The notes under the pieces were generated by a model that was not told the DNA's origin, did no database searches, and worked only from the letters and a program-made list of their open reading frames with translations. From NCBI RefSeq assembly GCF_018398935.1, contig NZ_CP074694.1, positions 990,001 through 1,022,000 on the forward strand: a stretch of DNA of 32,000 bases, read 5' to 3'. The stretch comes from Telmatocola sphagniphila. GTDB taxonomy: Bacteria > Planctomycetota > Planctomycetia > Gemmatales > Gemmataceae. A program made the position numbers and the translations under genes. Positions 10,017-18,817 of the stretch are shown one piece after another. Each line of letters begins with the position of its first letter. Within the stretch, counting starts at the first letter, position 1.

Positions 10017-10421
10017 ATGACCGCTGTGAAAACGATTTTGCTGGTGGACGATGATCGTGAGATGGTGGAGGGCATGCGGACCGTTCTGGAAAAACAAGGC
10101 TACCGGGTCTTGCATGCGCACGATGGTAACACGGGTCGACAGCTCATTTACAATCAAATGCCCGATCTGGTGATACTGGATATGATGATGCCGCGAATGG
10201 GGGGATACCCGGTTCTCGAACATTTTCGGGATAAAAAAGACGCTCCCCCGTTCATTATGATCACCGCCAACGAAGGCAGCCGTCATAAAGCGTATGCGGA
10301 GTTTCTGGGAGTGGTCGATTACATAAGAAAGCCGTTCGCAATGGAACGGCTATTGGAAACTGTGCAAAAGGTGATGTCGAATCCCGCCCCGGAACAGACT
10401 ACGGAAGATCCCGCCGAATAA
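10017..10421 (+). CDS. Single-domain response regulator (CheY-like receiver)
   Basis: ILLVDDD, DLVILDMMMPRMGG (phospho-acceptor Asp), ITAN and IRKPF (conserved Lys). The start is moved to 10017 because TAAGGAGG lies 7 nt upstream of that ATG; the track ORF opens at 9993. Confidence 0.9.
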   Translation: MTAVKTILLVDDDREMVEGMRTVLEKQGYRVLHAHDGNTGRQLIYNQMPDLVILDMMMPRMGGYPVLEHFRDKKDAPPFIMITANEGSRHKAYAEFLGVVDYIRKPFAMERLLETVQKVMSNPAPEQTTEDPAE

Positions 10422-10446
10422 GTTTATCCGAAGGACCCGGGCTCCC

Positions 10447-10827
10447 TTACTGGGCTCCGGTCAAAGGATCTTTGGGCAATTTCACTTCGCTGATCGGTTT
10501 AGCCGGTCGGCTCGTCTCTTTATCTTCCGGCTTGAACGGCATTTGTTTGCCCGGGTTTTCGTAAATCCCCGCTGGCGGAATCGTGCCGTTGCTCGGGGGA
10601 TTCAGCATCGGGCCACTATTGTAAATCGGACCCGAGTAGATGGGGGCGGAACCGTAAGAAACGGGAATCGCCTCTTTTTCGCCGCACATGCAGTTCCGCA
10701 TGCGTGAGAAGAATCCAGGTGAGTTGCTCGTGCTATTCGAAGAGCAATTACTCGAATTGGTGCTGCAGCATCCGGTTGCGAGAAAAGCCAGGCCCAGAGC
10801 TATGAAGCAAATCTTGATGTTCCGCAT
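10447..10827 (-). CDS. Small cysteine-rich lipoprotein (hypothetical)
   Basis: The internal ATG at 10827 gives MRNIKICFIALGLAFLATGC, a signal peptide plus the lipobox LATG|C. This is followed by a C/S/N-rich segment (CCSTNSSNCSS...NCMCGEKE) and a Pro/Gly-rich tail. The upstream ORF extension would run toward the terminator of the neighbouring operon. Confidence 0.55.
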   Translation of the reverse strand: MRNIKICFIALGLAFLATGCCSTNSSNCSSNSTSNSPGFFSRMRNCMCGEKEAIPVSYGSAPIYSGPIYNSGPMLNPPSNGTIPPAGIYENPGKQMPFKPEDKETSRPAKPISEVKLPKDPLTGAQ

Positions 10828-10961
10828 TTCGATTCTTCCCGTGAGGAAACCCGGATCGTCTTTTCCGTGTATCCGATTGGAGGAAATCACTGGCTCAGCA
10901 TTCGAGCCCGTTTCTCTCAAGATTCTGCGCTCCCCGGCAGACAACGCAAGTACTTGCTTGC

Positions 10962-10997
10962 AAAAAATACAAGCCCGCGAGGGTTAGTCGCGGGCTT
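10962..10997 (-). terminator. Rho-independent terminator of the kinase-aminotransferase-S41 gene string
   Basis: Minus strand reads AAGCCCGCGA-CTAACCC-TCGCGGGCTT-GTATTTTTTG. This is a perfect 10-bp GC-rich stem, a 7-nt loop and a U6 tract, about 95 nt after the S41 stop. Confidence 0.7.
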
Positions 10998-11090
10998 AGA
11001 GAGATTGTGATAACTTGTCGGGTAGAATCGATTATTTCATAAAGTTCGATCCGCCCGTCTACTAAGTAAACGGGTCAGATCTGCCATCGA

Positions 11091-13682
11091 CTAGGATTTG
11101 ATCTGGGCTCGAAGATACTGGAGAGCCATATCAAGTTGACGATCCTTAAAAGGCTTGACGGGTTCCTTGGCTTTCAAGTCCCGGCGCGGAATTACCGACC
11201 AGTCATTGACCAGACGTTCCCGCAAATCGTTCGTTTCCTGAGGCGTCAGTTTGAGCTCGTACTGGGATTCGGGACGAACGCCCCAATCTTCTTCCGGCGT
11301 ACCCTTGGTAGTGGCCTTATTCAGATTCTTACCGTTGGGTCGCCAGAAGGTGGCAATGGTAATCTTGAACTCTCCGCCAGTCGGTGCGAAGGGGACGATC
11401 GTCTGCACGCTGCCTTTACCGTAGCTGCGTTCTCCCATAATTACCGCTCGGGTGTGGTCCTGCAGGAATGCGGAGAGAATTTCGCTGGCACTGGCACTCT
11501 CGCCGTTAATCAGACAGGCGATCGGGAAGCGCGTGTAGGTCGATTTTCGATTAGCAGTTCGCGTCGCCACTTTGGTTTCCCCGCGGCCGACCCGAGGACG
11601 AATCGAAACCACCACCCCGTCATCCACAAAGAGTTCGCTCATGTGGTGAACGACATCCAGATACCCTCCGGGGTTGAACCGTAAATCGAGGATCAGTCCG
11701 GCCACTTTATCGGCTTCCAGCTTCTGAAGGACTTTCTCCATATCGGTAGCCGATTTGCGGGAAAACTGGCTCAGGTAGATGTAAGCGATCTTGGTGGCAG
11801 GATCGATGTAGTAATCCCAGGTATCGTCGTCTTTGCGCTTGTAGCCCATCACGCTTTCGACTTCCACCATGCCGCGGGTAATCTCATAAACGATCGGGTC
11901 TTTTTCGCCTTCGCGTTCGATCGTCACCGAAACATTCGTGCCGGCTTTCCCGGTGATCAGTTTCACGGCATCAATCGTATCCATCCCCTTGGTGGAGGTA
12001 GTTTCCGGAGTGGCCAGAGGTTTGCCGTTGCGGTCGACGGTTCGATAGATCGAGGTGATCAGGTCGCCGGTCCGCAAACCCGCTTTGTAAGCCGGGCTCC
12101 CCTTGATCGGGGTCACAACTCTCAGAGCGTCTTTAGCGAGGTCGGCACGAATGACAACACCGATACCCGAGAAGGAGCCTTGAGTCTGCTTGTCGACTTC
12201 AGCGACTTTATCCTTGTCGTAATAGGTGGTGTAGTTGTCGCCGAGTTTAGCCGTGATCATCTGGAAAGTGATGTCCGCATCCTTGTAATCTTCCAGGTCT
12301 TCCCGCTTGCCCAACACCACTCGGGCATCGGCCAGCAGATCGGTCTTTTCACTGCGGCGCATCTGGCCGAGCGTCAGCAATTTGGCGGTGATATCCTTCG
12401 GGAGTTTGACTTCGGCACGCTGGAACAATCCTTTGACGCCGTTGGCGATGAGTTCATCTTCCTTGGTGTCTTTGATGAAAATGCTGCGGACTTCCGCAAT
12501 CCCGGCGAGGACCGTTTCTGCATACCGAACCGCGTCTTTACGGGGCAGCACCATCTCTTCGAGGATCTTTGCCCGGTCTTTGACGATCTCTTCGGGGGAC
12601 TTCTTCCCTTCGACCAGGGCCACATAATCCTTACGGAGTTCCTGCAAAGCCTTCAGCTTGGGCATGCGACTGATGTACTTGCGAGCTTCCTCGCCGATAT
12701 CTTTGTCGATTTTCTTGTCGGCTTCGAGTTTGTCCAAAGCCTTGAGGTGTTCTTCGACTTTCGGGAAGACCACGGGATTGTGAGACATCACGAAGTGCGT
12801 TTCCAGGCCCGCGAAAACTATGGGGAATTGCAGTTTGTCCCGATTATCCTTACCCAGCTTCTGAGCCAGTATCGGCGTTTCCTTTTCAATATACTTGGTG
12901 AACTCATCGAGAGTAATTACACCATCCGCTTCATAGCCATCCTTATCGGCCGCGCCTTTCAGGGCGTCGATCGCTACTTTCGTGAACAAGCCCTTATTAT
13001 CCAGAATCAGAGGATCGTTCATCGTACGGCCGGAGAATACCATAACGCGACCGTCCACCGCCGTGTCTTCATCGGAGTCTTTGCCCTTGGTTCCCAGGAA
13101 GACATCCTGAAATTCCTTCAATTGCGGATTCAGAACCGCTTCATCGCCAGCTTCGAATCCTTTAAAGTTCACATCGAAGAAGGTGCAAAGCTGAGATTTC
13201 AGTCCCTTCAGACTCGTTTCGAAGTCGGAGCCTTTCAGAGCATTGTTCGCACGATCCTTGAAGTTACTGTCGGCCACGAAAATGCAACCCTGAGTCCCTA
13301 CAGCACCTCCCTGGCCAACGATGATCAGATAGACCAGTTCATCGGCCGTTACCTTGGAATTGATATCTTTGAGAGTGCTGAGAATATTCTCTTTGGTTCC
13401 CACTTTGCCCTTGCGTGCTTCATCGGCTGCACTGGTAAACAGGAAGACGTGATCGGCCGGAACCGTACCGATCTTGGGATCGGTGAACAAGTCGTAGTAA
13501 GCTTTGGCGTCGACTTCCGCGCTGGGGCGGCTCTTCAATTGTTTATCGCCAAACTGGCCAACCCCGACGATCACCACGTAACTCTTGGGTATGGTCGATT
13601 TCCAGTCGGCAGCGCTTAGCGGGTTAATCAACCCAAATAAGAGAACTGCCAGACCGAGGCAGGAACGCATCAATCGGCTCAT
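11091..13682 (-). CDS. Secreted S41 (C-terminal processing / tail-specific) peptidase with PDZ domain and an N-terminal caspase-like domain lacking the catalytic dyad
   Basis: Start placed at 13682: AAAGGAA RBS and signal peptide MSRLMRSCLGLAVLLFGLINPLSA. The PDZ domain shows GIGVVI...VVTPIKGSPAYKAGLRTGDLITSI. The S41 core shows LDLRFNPGGYLD, NGESASASEI and GERSYGKGSVQ. The N-terminal roughly 150 aa follow the C14/caspase pattern; see findings. Confidence 0.9.
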   Translation of the reverse strand: MSRLMRSCLGLAVLLFGLINPLSAADWKSTIPKSYVVIVGVGQFGDKQLKSRPSAEVDAKAYYDLFTDPKIGTVPADHVFLFTSAADEARKGKVGTKENILSTLKDINSKVTADELVYLIIVGQGGAVGTQGCIFVADSNFKDRANNALKGSDFETSLKGLKSQLCTFFDVNFKGFEAGDEAVLNPQLKEFQDVFLGTKGKDSDEDTAVDGRVMVFSGRTMNDPLILDNKGLFTKVAIDALKGAADKDGYEADGVITLDEFTKYIEKETPILAQKLGKDNRDKLQFPIVFAGLETHFVMSHNPVVFPKVEEHLKALDKLEADKKIDKDIGEEARKYISRMPKLKALQELRKDYVALVEGKKSPEEIVKDRAKILEEMVLPRKDAVRYAETVLAGIAEVRSIFIKDTKEDELIANGVKGLFQRAEVKLPKDITAKLLTLGQMRRSEKTDLLADARVVLGKREDLEDYKDADITFQMITAKLGDNYTTYYDKDKVAEVDKQTQGSFSGIGVVIRADLAKDALRVVTPIKGSPAYKAGLRTGDLITSIYRTVDRNGKPLATPETTSTKGMDTIDAVKLITGKAGTNVSVTIEREGEKDPIVYEITRGMVEVESVMGYKRKDDDTWDYYIDPATKIAYIYLSQFSRKSATDMEKVLQKLEADKVAGLILDLRFNPGGYLDVVHHMSELFVDDGVVVSIRPRVGRGETKVATRTANRKSTYTRFPIACLINGESASASEILSAFLQDHTRAVIMGERSYGKGSVQTIVPFAPTGGEFKITIATFWRPNGKNLNKATTKGTPEEDWGVRPESQYELKLTPQETNDLRERLVNDWSVIPRRDLKAKEPVKPFKDRQLDMALQYLRAQIKS

Positions 13683-13770
13683 CGATATTCCTTTCGTTGC
13701 AATTATCACGTTCGTTCCGATACCAGAGCGTACGGAAGTATTTAAGTTCGCTAATCTACACAAGATTCCC

Positions 13771-14880
13771 TTATCGGGAAAGACGATTCAGAATTTCAAT
13801 TCCCCGGTAAAGAGTTTCCTCTTTGGTGGCATAGCTGATTCTAAAATGCGTATCTCGCTGACTGAAGACGCTTCCGGGGATTATCAGCACTTGTTCCTGT
13901 ATGGCTTTCTGAACAAATTCGAGGGCAGTACCAAAAGGGCATTTGGGGAAAACGTAAAAGGCTCCTGAAGGCGGACAAATTTCGTAGCGATCTTTCAATC
14001 CGTTTACAATTATATCCCTCTTGCGAGCATAGGCTTTCACCATTTCGGCCGGATTCCAATCCATCGCGGCTAAAGCACCCTGTTGAGCCATGCTCGGGGC
14101 ACACACATAGGTGAATTGCTGCAATTTCGCCATTTCCTGAATGATAGCCTTCGGACCGTGCGCAAATCCCATACGCCACCCGGTCATACCGTAGCTCTTA
14201 CCAAAGCCATCTACCACCAGGACGTTGGGATCGTACTCCGCCGCCGAAGGACATACCCCTTCATAGTGAAAATGCCTGTAAATCTCGTCACTAATAAGAA
14301 GAATGTTCCGCTCTTTAGCTAACAGGGCCAATTGTTTTACGATCTCGCGTTGCAGCACCACGCCGGTCGGATTTGCCGGTGAGGAGAACAATATCACCTT
14401 GGTTCGAGGGGTGATGGCGGCTTCCACTTTGGCGACATCGATCTGAAAATCGGGATAGGTGTCGATAAAAACCGATTTACCTTCCGCCAGGGTGACCATG
14501 TGGGGGTAGGCCACAAAATAGGGGTCGAAGAGGATGACTTCGTCTCCCGGGTCGACGGTTGCCAGAATCGCCAGCTGCAAAGCCCCGGAAACGCCGCTGG
14601 TGATTAACACTTCGCGTTCCTGTCCCGGCAGACGGGTAGCTACTTCTTCCGAAATTTTCGAGCGCAGTTCGGGAATTCCCTGGGTGACCGTATAAGTGTT
14701 GCCGCCGCGGCGGATTGCGGCGATGGCCGCTTCCTTGGCGACTTCCGGGACGTCGAAATCGGGTTGTCCGATGCTGAAATCGACGGGATTTTTAAGCGAT
14801 TTGCCGAGTTCGAATACTTTTCGAATTCCAGAAACAGCGATGCGACCATTGCGGGCGGAAATAATTTTCGAGAAATCCAT
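13771..14880 (-). CDS. Class I/II pyridoxal-phosphate-dependent aminotransferase (aspartate aminotransferase-like)
   Basis: The 369-aa ORF carries SGVSGALQ, PANPTG, SDEIY and the PLP-lysine context GFGKSYGMTGWRMGF. It starts 6 nt after the kinase stop. Confidence 0.9.
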   Translation of the reverse strand: MDFSKIISARNGRIAVSGIRKVFELGKSLKNPVDFSIGQPDFDVPEVAKEAAIAAIRRGGNTYTVTQGIPELRSKISEEVATRLPGQEREVLITSGVSGALQLAILATVDPGDEVILFDPYFVAYPHMVTLAEGKSVFIDTYPDFQIDVAKVEAAITPRTKVILFSSPANPTGVVLQREIVKQLALLAKERNILLISDEIYRHFHYEGVCPSAAEYDPNVLVVDGFGKSYGMTGWRMGFAHGPKAIIQEMAKLQQFTYVCAPSMAQQGALAAMDWNPAEMVKAYARKRDIIVNGLKDRYEICPPSGAFYVFPKCPFGTALEFVQKAIQEQVLIIPGSVFSQRDTHFRISYATKEETLYRGIEILNRLSR

Positions 14881-14886
14881 AACTCT

Positions 14887-15732
14887 CTACGTCTCCTCTT
14901 CCGGCTCACCCACCAGTTCCTGCACATCCTGGAGCCTGGCGGTGATTTCGGACATTCTCTCCGGGCGTTCGTTAGGGTCGTATTTCATGCATTGATCGAT
15001 GAGTTGTCCCAATTCGGCAGGAACAGTCGGGGCGACCTTGCAGACCTCCTCGTAGAGGCTCTTGAAAGAGGATTTTCCAACTACGGCGCTGCTGAGCCCG
15101 CCGAAAACGCTCGGCGGCAGCTTCCAGGTAGTTAGACGGTACATCGTGGCGCCGAAGTTGTAAATATCGGATCGCTCGTTGACCACTTTCGCGCGGGCGG
15201 TTTCCGGAGCCATGTATTCCGGCGTGCCTTGAACCCGTTCTTTGGGCTCCCCCTTGATCCAGGCCAGACCAAAATCGAGGATTTTAATGGCGCCTGCCTT
15301 GGTCATCATGATGTTATTCGGCTTCAAATCCGCGTGGAAAACGCCCCGACGGTGCATGTGTGCGAGACCGGCCGAGATTTGCAGGAACTTATCCACCAGT
15401 TTGGACATCGCCATGGCCGGAAGCTGGTCCAGCGTCTTGCCGTTGACGTATTCGATCAGCACATGAACTTTTTTGACCCGGAAGCGCCAATCTTTTTCCT
15501 GTTCCAGACAAAGCAATTTAATCAAATTCGGATGATCCAGCATGCTGGCTACCCGCATTTCGTGCTGGACCTGTTCCAGAAATTTCTGATCGTCTTTCCC
15601 GTCGATTTCCACGATTTTCAGAGCGTACTCGCGTGCATCTTCCATCCGGCGTATCAGCTGAATCGTACTGTGCGCTCCCTGACCGAGTTCTCTGACGACG
15701 GTGTATTTGCCAATCCGACTGATAGAAGCCAC
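14887..15732 (-). CDS. Stand-alone Ser/Thr protein kinase (Hanks type, non-RD)
   Basis: Gly loop LGQGAHST, YALKIV lysine, catalytic loop HADLKPNN (Ala in place of the Arg of HRD), DFGLA and GTPEYMAPE. It is 281 aa, a kinase domain only. The start codon is GTG, preceded by AGGGG. Confidence 0.9.
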   Translation of the reverse strand: MASISRIGKYTVVRELGQGAHSTIQLIRRMEDAREYALKIVEIDGKDDQKFLEQVQHEMRVASMLDHPNLIKLLCLEQEKDWRFRVKKVHVLIEYVNGKTLDQLPAMAMSKLVDKFLQISAGLAHMHRRGVFHADLKPNNIMMTKAGAIKILDFGLAWIKGEPKERVQGTPEYMAPETARAKVVNERSDIYNFGATMYRLTTWKLPPSVFGGLSSAVVGKSSFKSLYEEVCKVAPTVPAELGQLIDQCMKYDPNERPERMSEITARLQDVQELVGEPEEET

Positions 15733-15826
15733 CGTTTGCCCCTGATAAAAACGAAAACCGAAACTATAAATATCCTCATAGCATAATCAAAATAAACTGT
15801 AAGTCATTGAGAATCCAAGGGTCTTT

Positions 15827-18817
15827 ATGTCAAGTCTGACGGTCGAGGAAGAGAGAATCCGCCGCTATGGCCGGGAGATATTTGCCCGGATGGATCGTCG
15901 AAATATCGTTCCGTTTTCGCCGGCCTGGTTCGACGATGTTCTGATGAATACCACGATGCAGGCGGAGAAACTGAAAGTTCAGTTGTTCCGGTTCATCGAT
16001 ACTCTACCGCTGCTCAAAGACTCCAAAACAGTCGCCGACCATCTGAAGGAATATCTGGGTACCACCGAAAGTGGTCTTCCCGGTATCGCCCGCCATTTTC
16101 TTAATCGACTGCCAGGGGAAGGCTGGGCCGGAACGCTCCTGGCCAAAACGGCCAAGAATAATGCCGAGCACATGGCCCGGAAGTTTATCGCCGGCTCGAA
16201 CGTTCAGGAAGCCATCTCCGCAATCAAGCAACTCCGCAATCGCAAATATGGCTTCACCATCGATCTGCTCGGCGAGGCCACCATCACGGAAGCGGAAGCG
16301 GACGGCGTTCAGAAACAATACTTCGACCTGGTGGAAGGTTTGCCAGGGGTCATCAATAATCTTCCCGAGATTCCCTGCGTCGACCGCAATCACCTCGGGC
16401 CTATTCCCCGGGTGAATATCTCCGTCAAGCTTTCCTCGCTGTTCAGTCAGTTCGATCCCATCGATCCCGTCGGCACGACTCGTTCAGTGCTGAAGCGTTT
16501 GCGTCCGATCATGTCGAAAGCAATGTCGCGCGGGGAGTTCATCAATTTCGATATGGAGCAGTACTCCTTCAAGGATACCACACTGCATATCTTCAAAACC
16601 GTCCTCGAGGAGCCCGAGTTCCGCAACTGGCCGCACGTGGGAATCGCCATTCAGGCCTATCTGAAGGACACCGAAAAAGATCTGCAAGAATTGCTGGAAT
16701 GGACCAGAAAACGGGGCACCCCGATCGCCGTTCGCCTGGTGAAAGGGGCCTACTGGGATTACGAAACCGTGATAGCCGCGCAACAGGACTGGCCGGTGCC
16801 GGTCTGGACCGAGAAGTGGCAGAGCGATGCGTGCTTCGAACGCTGCGGCCGGTTTCTGCTCCAGAACTATAACTGGATTGCTCCGGCATTCGGCTCGCAC
16901 AATGTCCGCAGTATTTCCACCATGCTGGCCGTGGCCGAGGAACTCGGGGTTCCCAAGGGAGCCTACGAATTCCAGATGCTCTATGGCATGGCGGACGAAT
17001 TCAAAGATGCCATGGTAGAACTCGGACAGCGAATCCGCATCTATACGCCCTATGGCCAACTGCTACCCGGCATGGCCTACCTGGTTCGAAGATTGCTCGA
17101 AAATACTTCCAACGATTCATTCCTGCGGGCTAGCTTCCGCGAAAATACCACTGAGGATAAACTGCTGATGAATCCGGTACATAAAGCGCAAGCCAATACC
17201 ACCAACGGCACGACCGCAGCTCCGTCTCACTCGGAAAAACCGGGCAAATTCAAGAACGAGCCACTCGCTGAGTATCACCGGGAGTTCAATCGCGACGCAA
17301 TGAGCCATGCATTGGCGGAAGTGGCAAAACAGCTCGATCGCGATTACGTGCCTTTCATCGGGGGGCAAGCGGTCGCTGCCGAAAAATGGCAGGACGCGAC
17401 CAATCCTTCGCAGAGCTCACAAAAACTCGGTCGCTGGGCGGCCTCCACTCCCAAGCAGGCCGAAGAAGCCATCGCCTCGGCCAAGAAAAATTATCCGGCT
17501 TGGCGCGATACCCCCGCCGCAAAGCGCGCGGAATATCTGCGGAAGATCGCTGATGTCATGCGGAAACGCCGCTGGGAACTTTCGGCCTGGGCCGTTTATG
17601 AAACGGCTAAACCCTGGCGGGAAGCCGATGCGGACATTGCGGAAGCCATCGACTTCTGCGATTACTACGCCGAGCTGTTTCTGAAAATGGTGAAACCCAA
17701 GCGCATGGATGTTCCGGGGGAAGAGAACAGCTACTTCTACGAACCGCGGGGAGTGGCCGTGGTGATTGCGCCCTGGAATTTTCCACTGGCGATCATGTGC
17801 GGCATGACGGTGGCCGCTCTAGTCACCGGAAACACCGTAATTATCAAGCCGGCCGAGCAATCGACCATTATCGGCGCCAAGTTTGCCGAAGTCCTGAAGG
17901 AAGCCGAACTGCCCCCCGTTTGGTCCTTTTTACCCGGTATTGGCGAGGAAATCGGGCCGACACTGGTACAGTCGCCCGATGTCGATCTGATCGTCTTCAC
18001 CGGATCTCAGCAAGTCGGCCTCTGGATTAACGAAAATGCCGCGAAGACTCCTCCGGTTCAGCACCACGTCAAACGAGTGATAGCCGAATTGGGTGGCAAA
18101 AATGCGGCGATTGTCGATGCGGACGCCGATTTGGACGAAGCCGTGAAAGGGGTTCTTGACTCGGCCTTCGGTTACTCGGGGCAAAAGTGCTCGGCCTGTT
18201 CGCGGGCGATTGTTCATGAATCCATTCACGATCAATTTCTGCATCGCCTGATCGAGGCGGCCAAGAGTCTGACCATTTCTCCCGCGAGCGATCCGGGATG
18301 TTCGATGGGTCCCGTGATTGACGCCGATGCCAAGAAACGCATCCTGGCAATGATCGCCAAGGGAAAATCCCAGTCCCTACTGGTATATGCGGCCGACCTG
18401 GGGGCACTCGCCGATCAGGGACATTACGTTGGCCCCCACATCTTTGCCGACGTCCATGAAACGGATGTCATTGCCCAAGAAGAGATTTTCGGCCCGGTGC
18501 TGGCCGTGATGAAAGCGAAGAATCTCGATCACGCTCTGCAGATTGCCAATGGAACCCGCTACGCTCTCACGGGGGGGATCTTCTCACGCAGTCCCAGCAC
18601 GCTGGAAAGGGTGAAAAAGGAGTTTCGCGTTGGCAATCTTTACGTGAATCGAAAGATCACCGGCGCGTTGGTCGAACGCCAGCCGTTTGGCGGCTTCAAA
18701 CTGTCGGGCATTGGCAGCAAGGCTGGCGGGCCCGATTACCTGTTGCAGTTCGTCATTCCGCGGGTCATCACGGAAAACACCATGCGACGAGGGTTTGCCC
18801 CGACGCTCGAAAGTTAG
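15827..18817 (+). CDS. putA: Bifunctional proline dehydrogenase / L-glutamate gamma-semialdehyde (P5C) dehydrogenase
   Basis: 996 aa. The N-terminal half has the PRODH TIM-barrel pattern (VRLVKGAYWDYE, YGMADE, YLVRRLLENTSNDSF). The C-terminal half is an aldehyde dehydrogenase (VIAPWNFPLAI, ELGGKNA, GQKCSACSR, EEIFGPV). No ribbon-helix-helix DNA-binding N-terminus is seen. Confidence 0.95.
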   Translation: MSSLTVEEERIRRYGREIFARMDRRNIVPFSPAWFDDVLMNTTMQAEKLKVQLFRFIDTLPLLKDSKTVADHLKEYLGTTESGLPGIARHFLNRLPGEGWAGTLLAKTAKNNAEHMARKFIAGSNVQEAISAIKQLRNRKYGFTIDLLGEATITEAEADGVQKQYFDLVEGLPGVINNLPEIPCVDRNHLGPIPRVNISVKLSSLFSQFDPIDPVGTTRSVLKRLRPIMSKAMSRGEFINFDMEQYSFKDTTLHIFKTVLEEPEFRNWPHVGIAIQAYLKDTEKDLQELLEWTRKRGTPIAVRLVKGAYWDYETVIAAQQDWPVPVWTEKWQSDACFERCGRFLLQNYNWIAPAFGSHNVRSISTMLAVAEELGVPKGAYEFQMLYGMADEFKDAMVELGQRIRIYTPYGQLLPGMAYLVRRLLENTSNDSFLRASFRENTTEDKLLMNPVHKAQANTTNGTTAAPSHSEKPGKFKNEPLAEYHREFNRDAMSHALAEVAKQLDRDYVPFIGGQAVAAEKWQDATNPSQSSQKLGRWAASTPKQAEEAIASAKKNYPAWRDTPAAKRAEYLRKIADVMRKRRWELSAWAVYETAKPWREADADIAEAIDFCDYYAELFLKMVKPKRMDVPGEENSYFYEPRGVAVVIAPWNFPLAIMCGMTVAALVTGNTVIIKPAEQSTIIGAKFAEVLKEAELPPVWSFLPGIGEEIGPTLVQSPDVDLIVFTGSQQVGLWINENAAKTPPVQHHVKRVIAELGGKNAAIVDADADLDEAVKGVLDSAFGYSGQKCSACSRAIVHESIHDQFLHRLIEAAKSLTISPASDPGCSMGPVIDADAKKRILAMIAKGKSQSLLVYAADLGALADQGHYVGPHIFADVHETDVIAQEEIFGPVLAVMKAKNLDHALQIANGTRYALTGGIFSRSPSTLERVKKEFRVGNLYVNRKITGALVERQPFGGFKLSGIGSKAGGPDYLLQFVIPRVITENTMRRGFAPTLES

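Noticed and set aside
12180-13619. 479-aa ORF on the plus strand, the longest unassigned ORF in the track
   Set aside because: It lies entirely antisense to the S41 peptidase gene, whose motifs are unambiguous. Its translation is low-complexity (F/D/L/I-rich) with no recognisable motif, signal or RBS. This is a typical shadow ORF.
13683-13763. 5' extension of the S41 peptidase ORF; similar extensions at 9847-9960, 10828-10944, 9993-10016 and 29183-29350
   Set aside because: In each case an internal ATG with a better RBS starts a clean signal peptide, lipobox or receiver domain. The upstream residues look like translated intergenic DNA.
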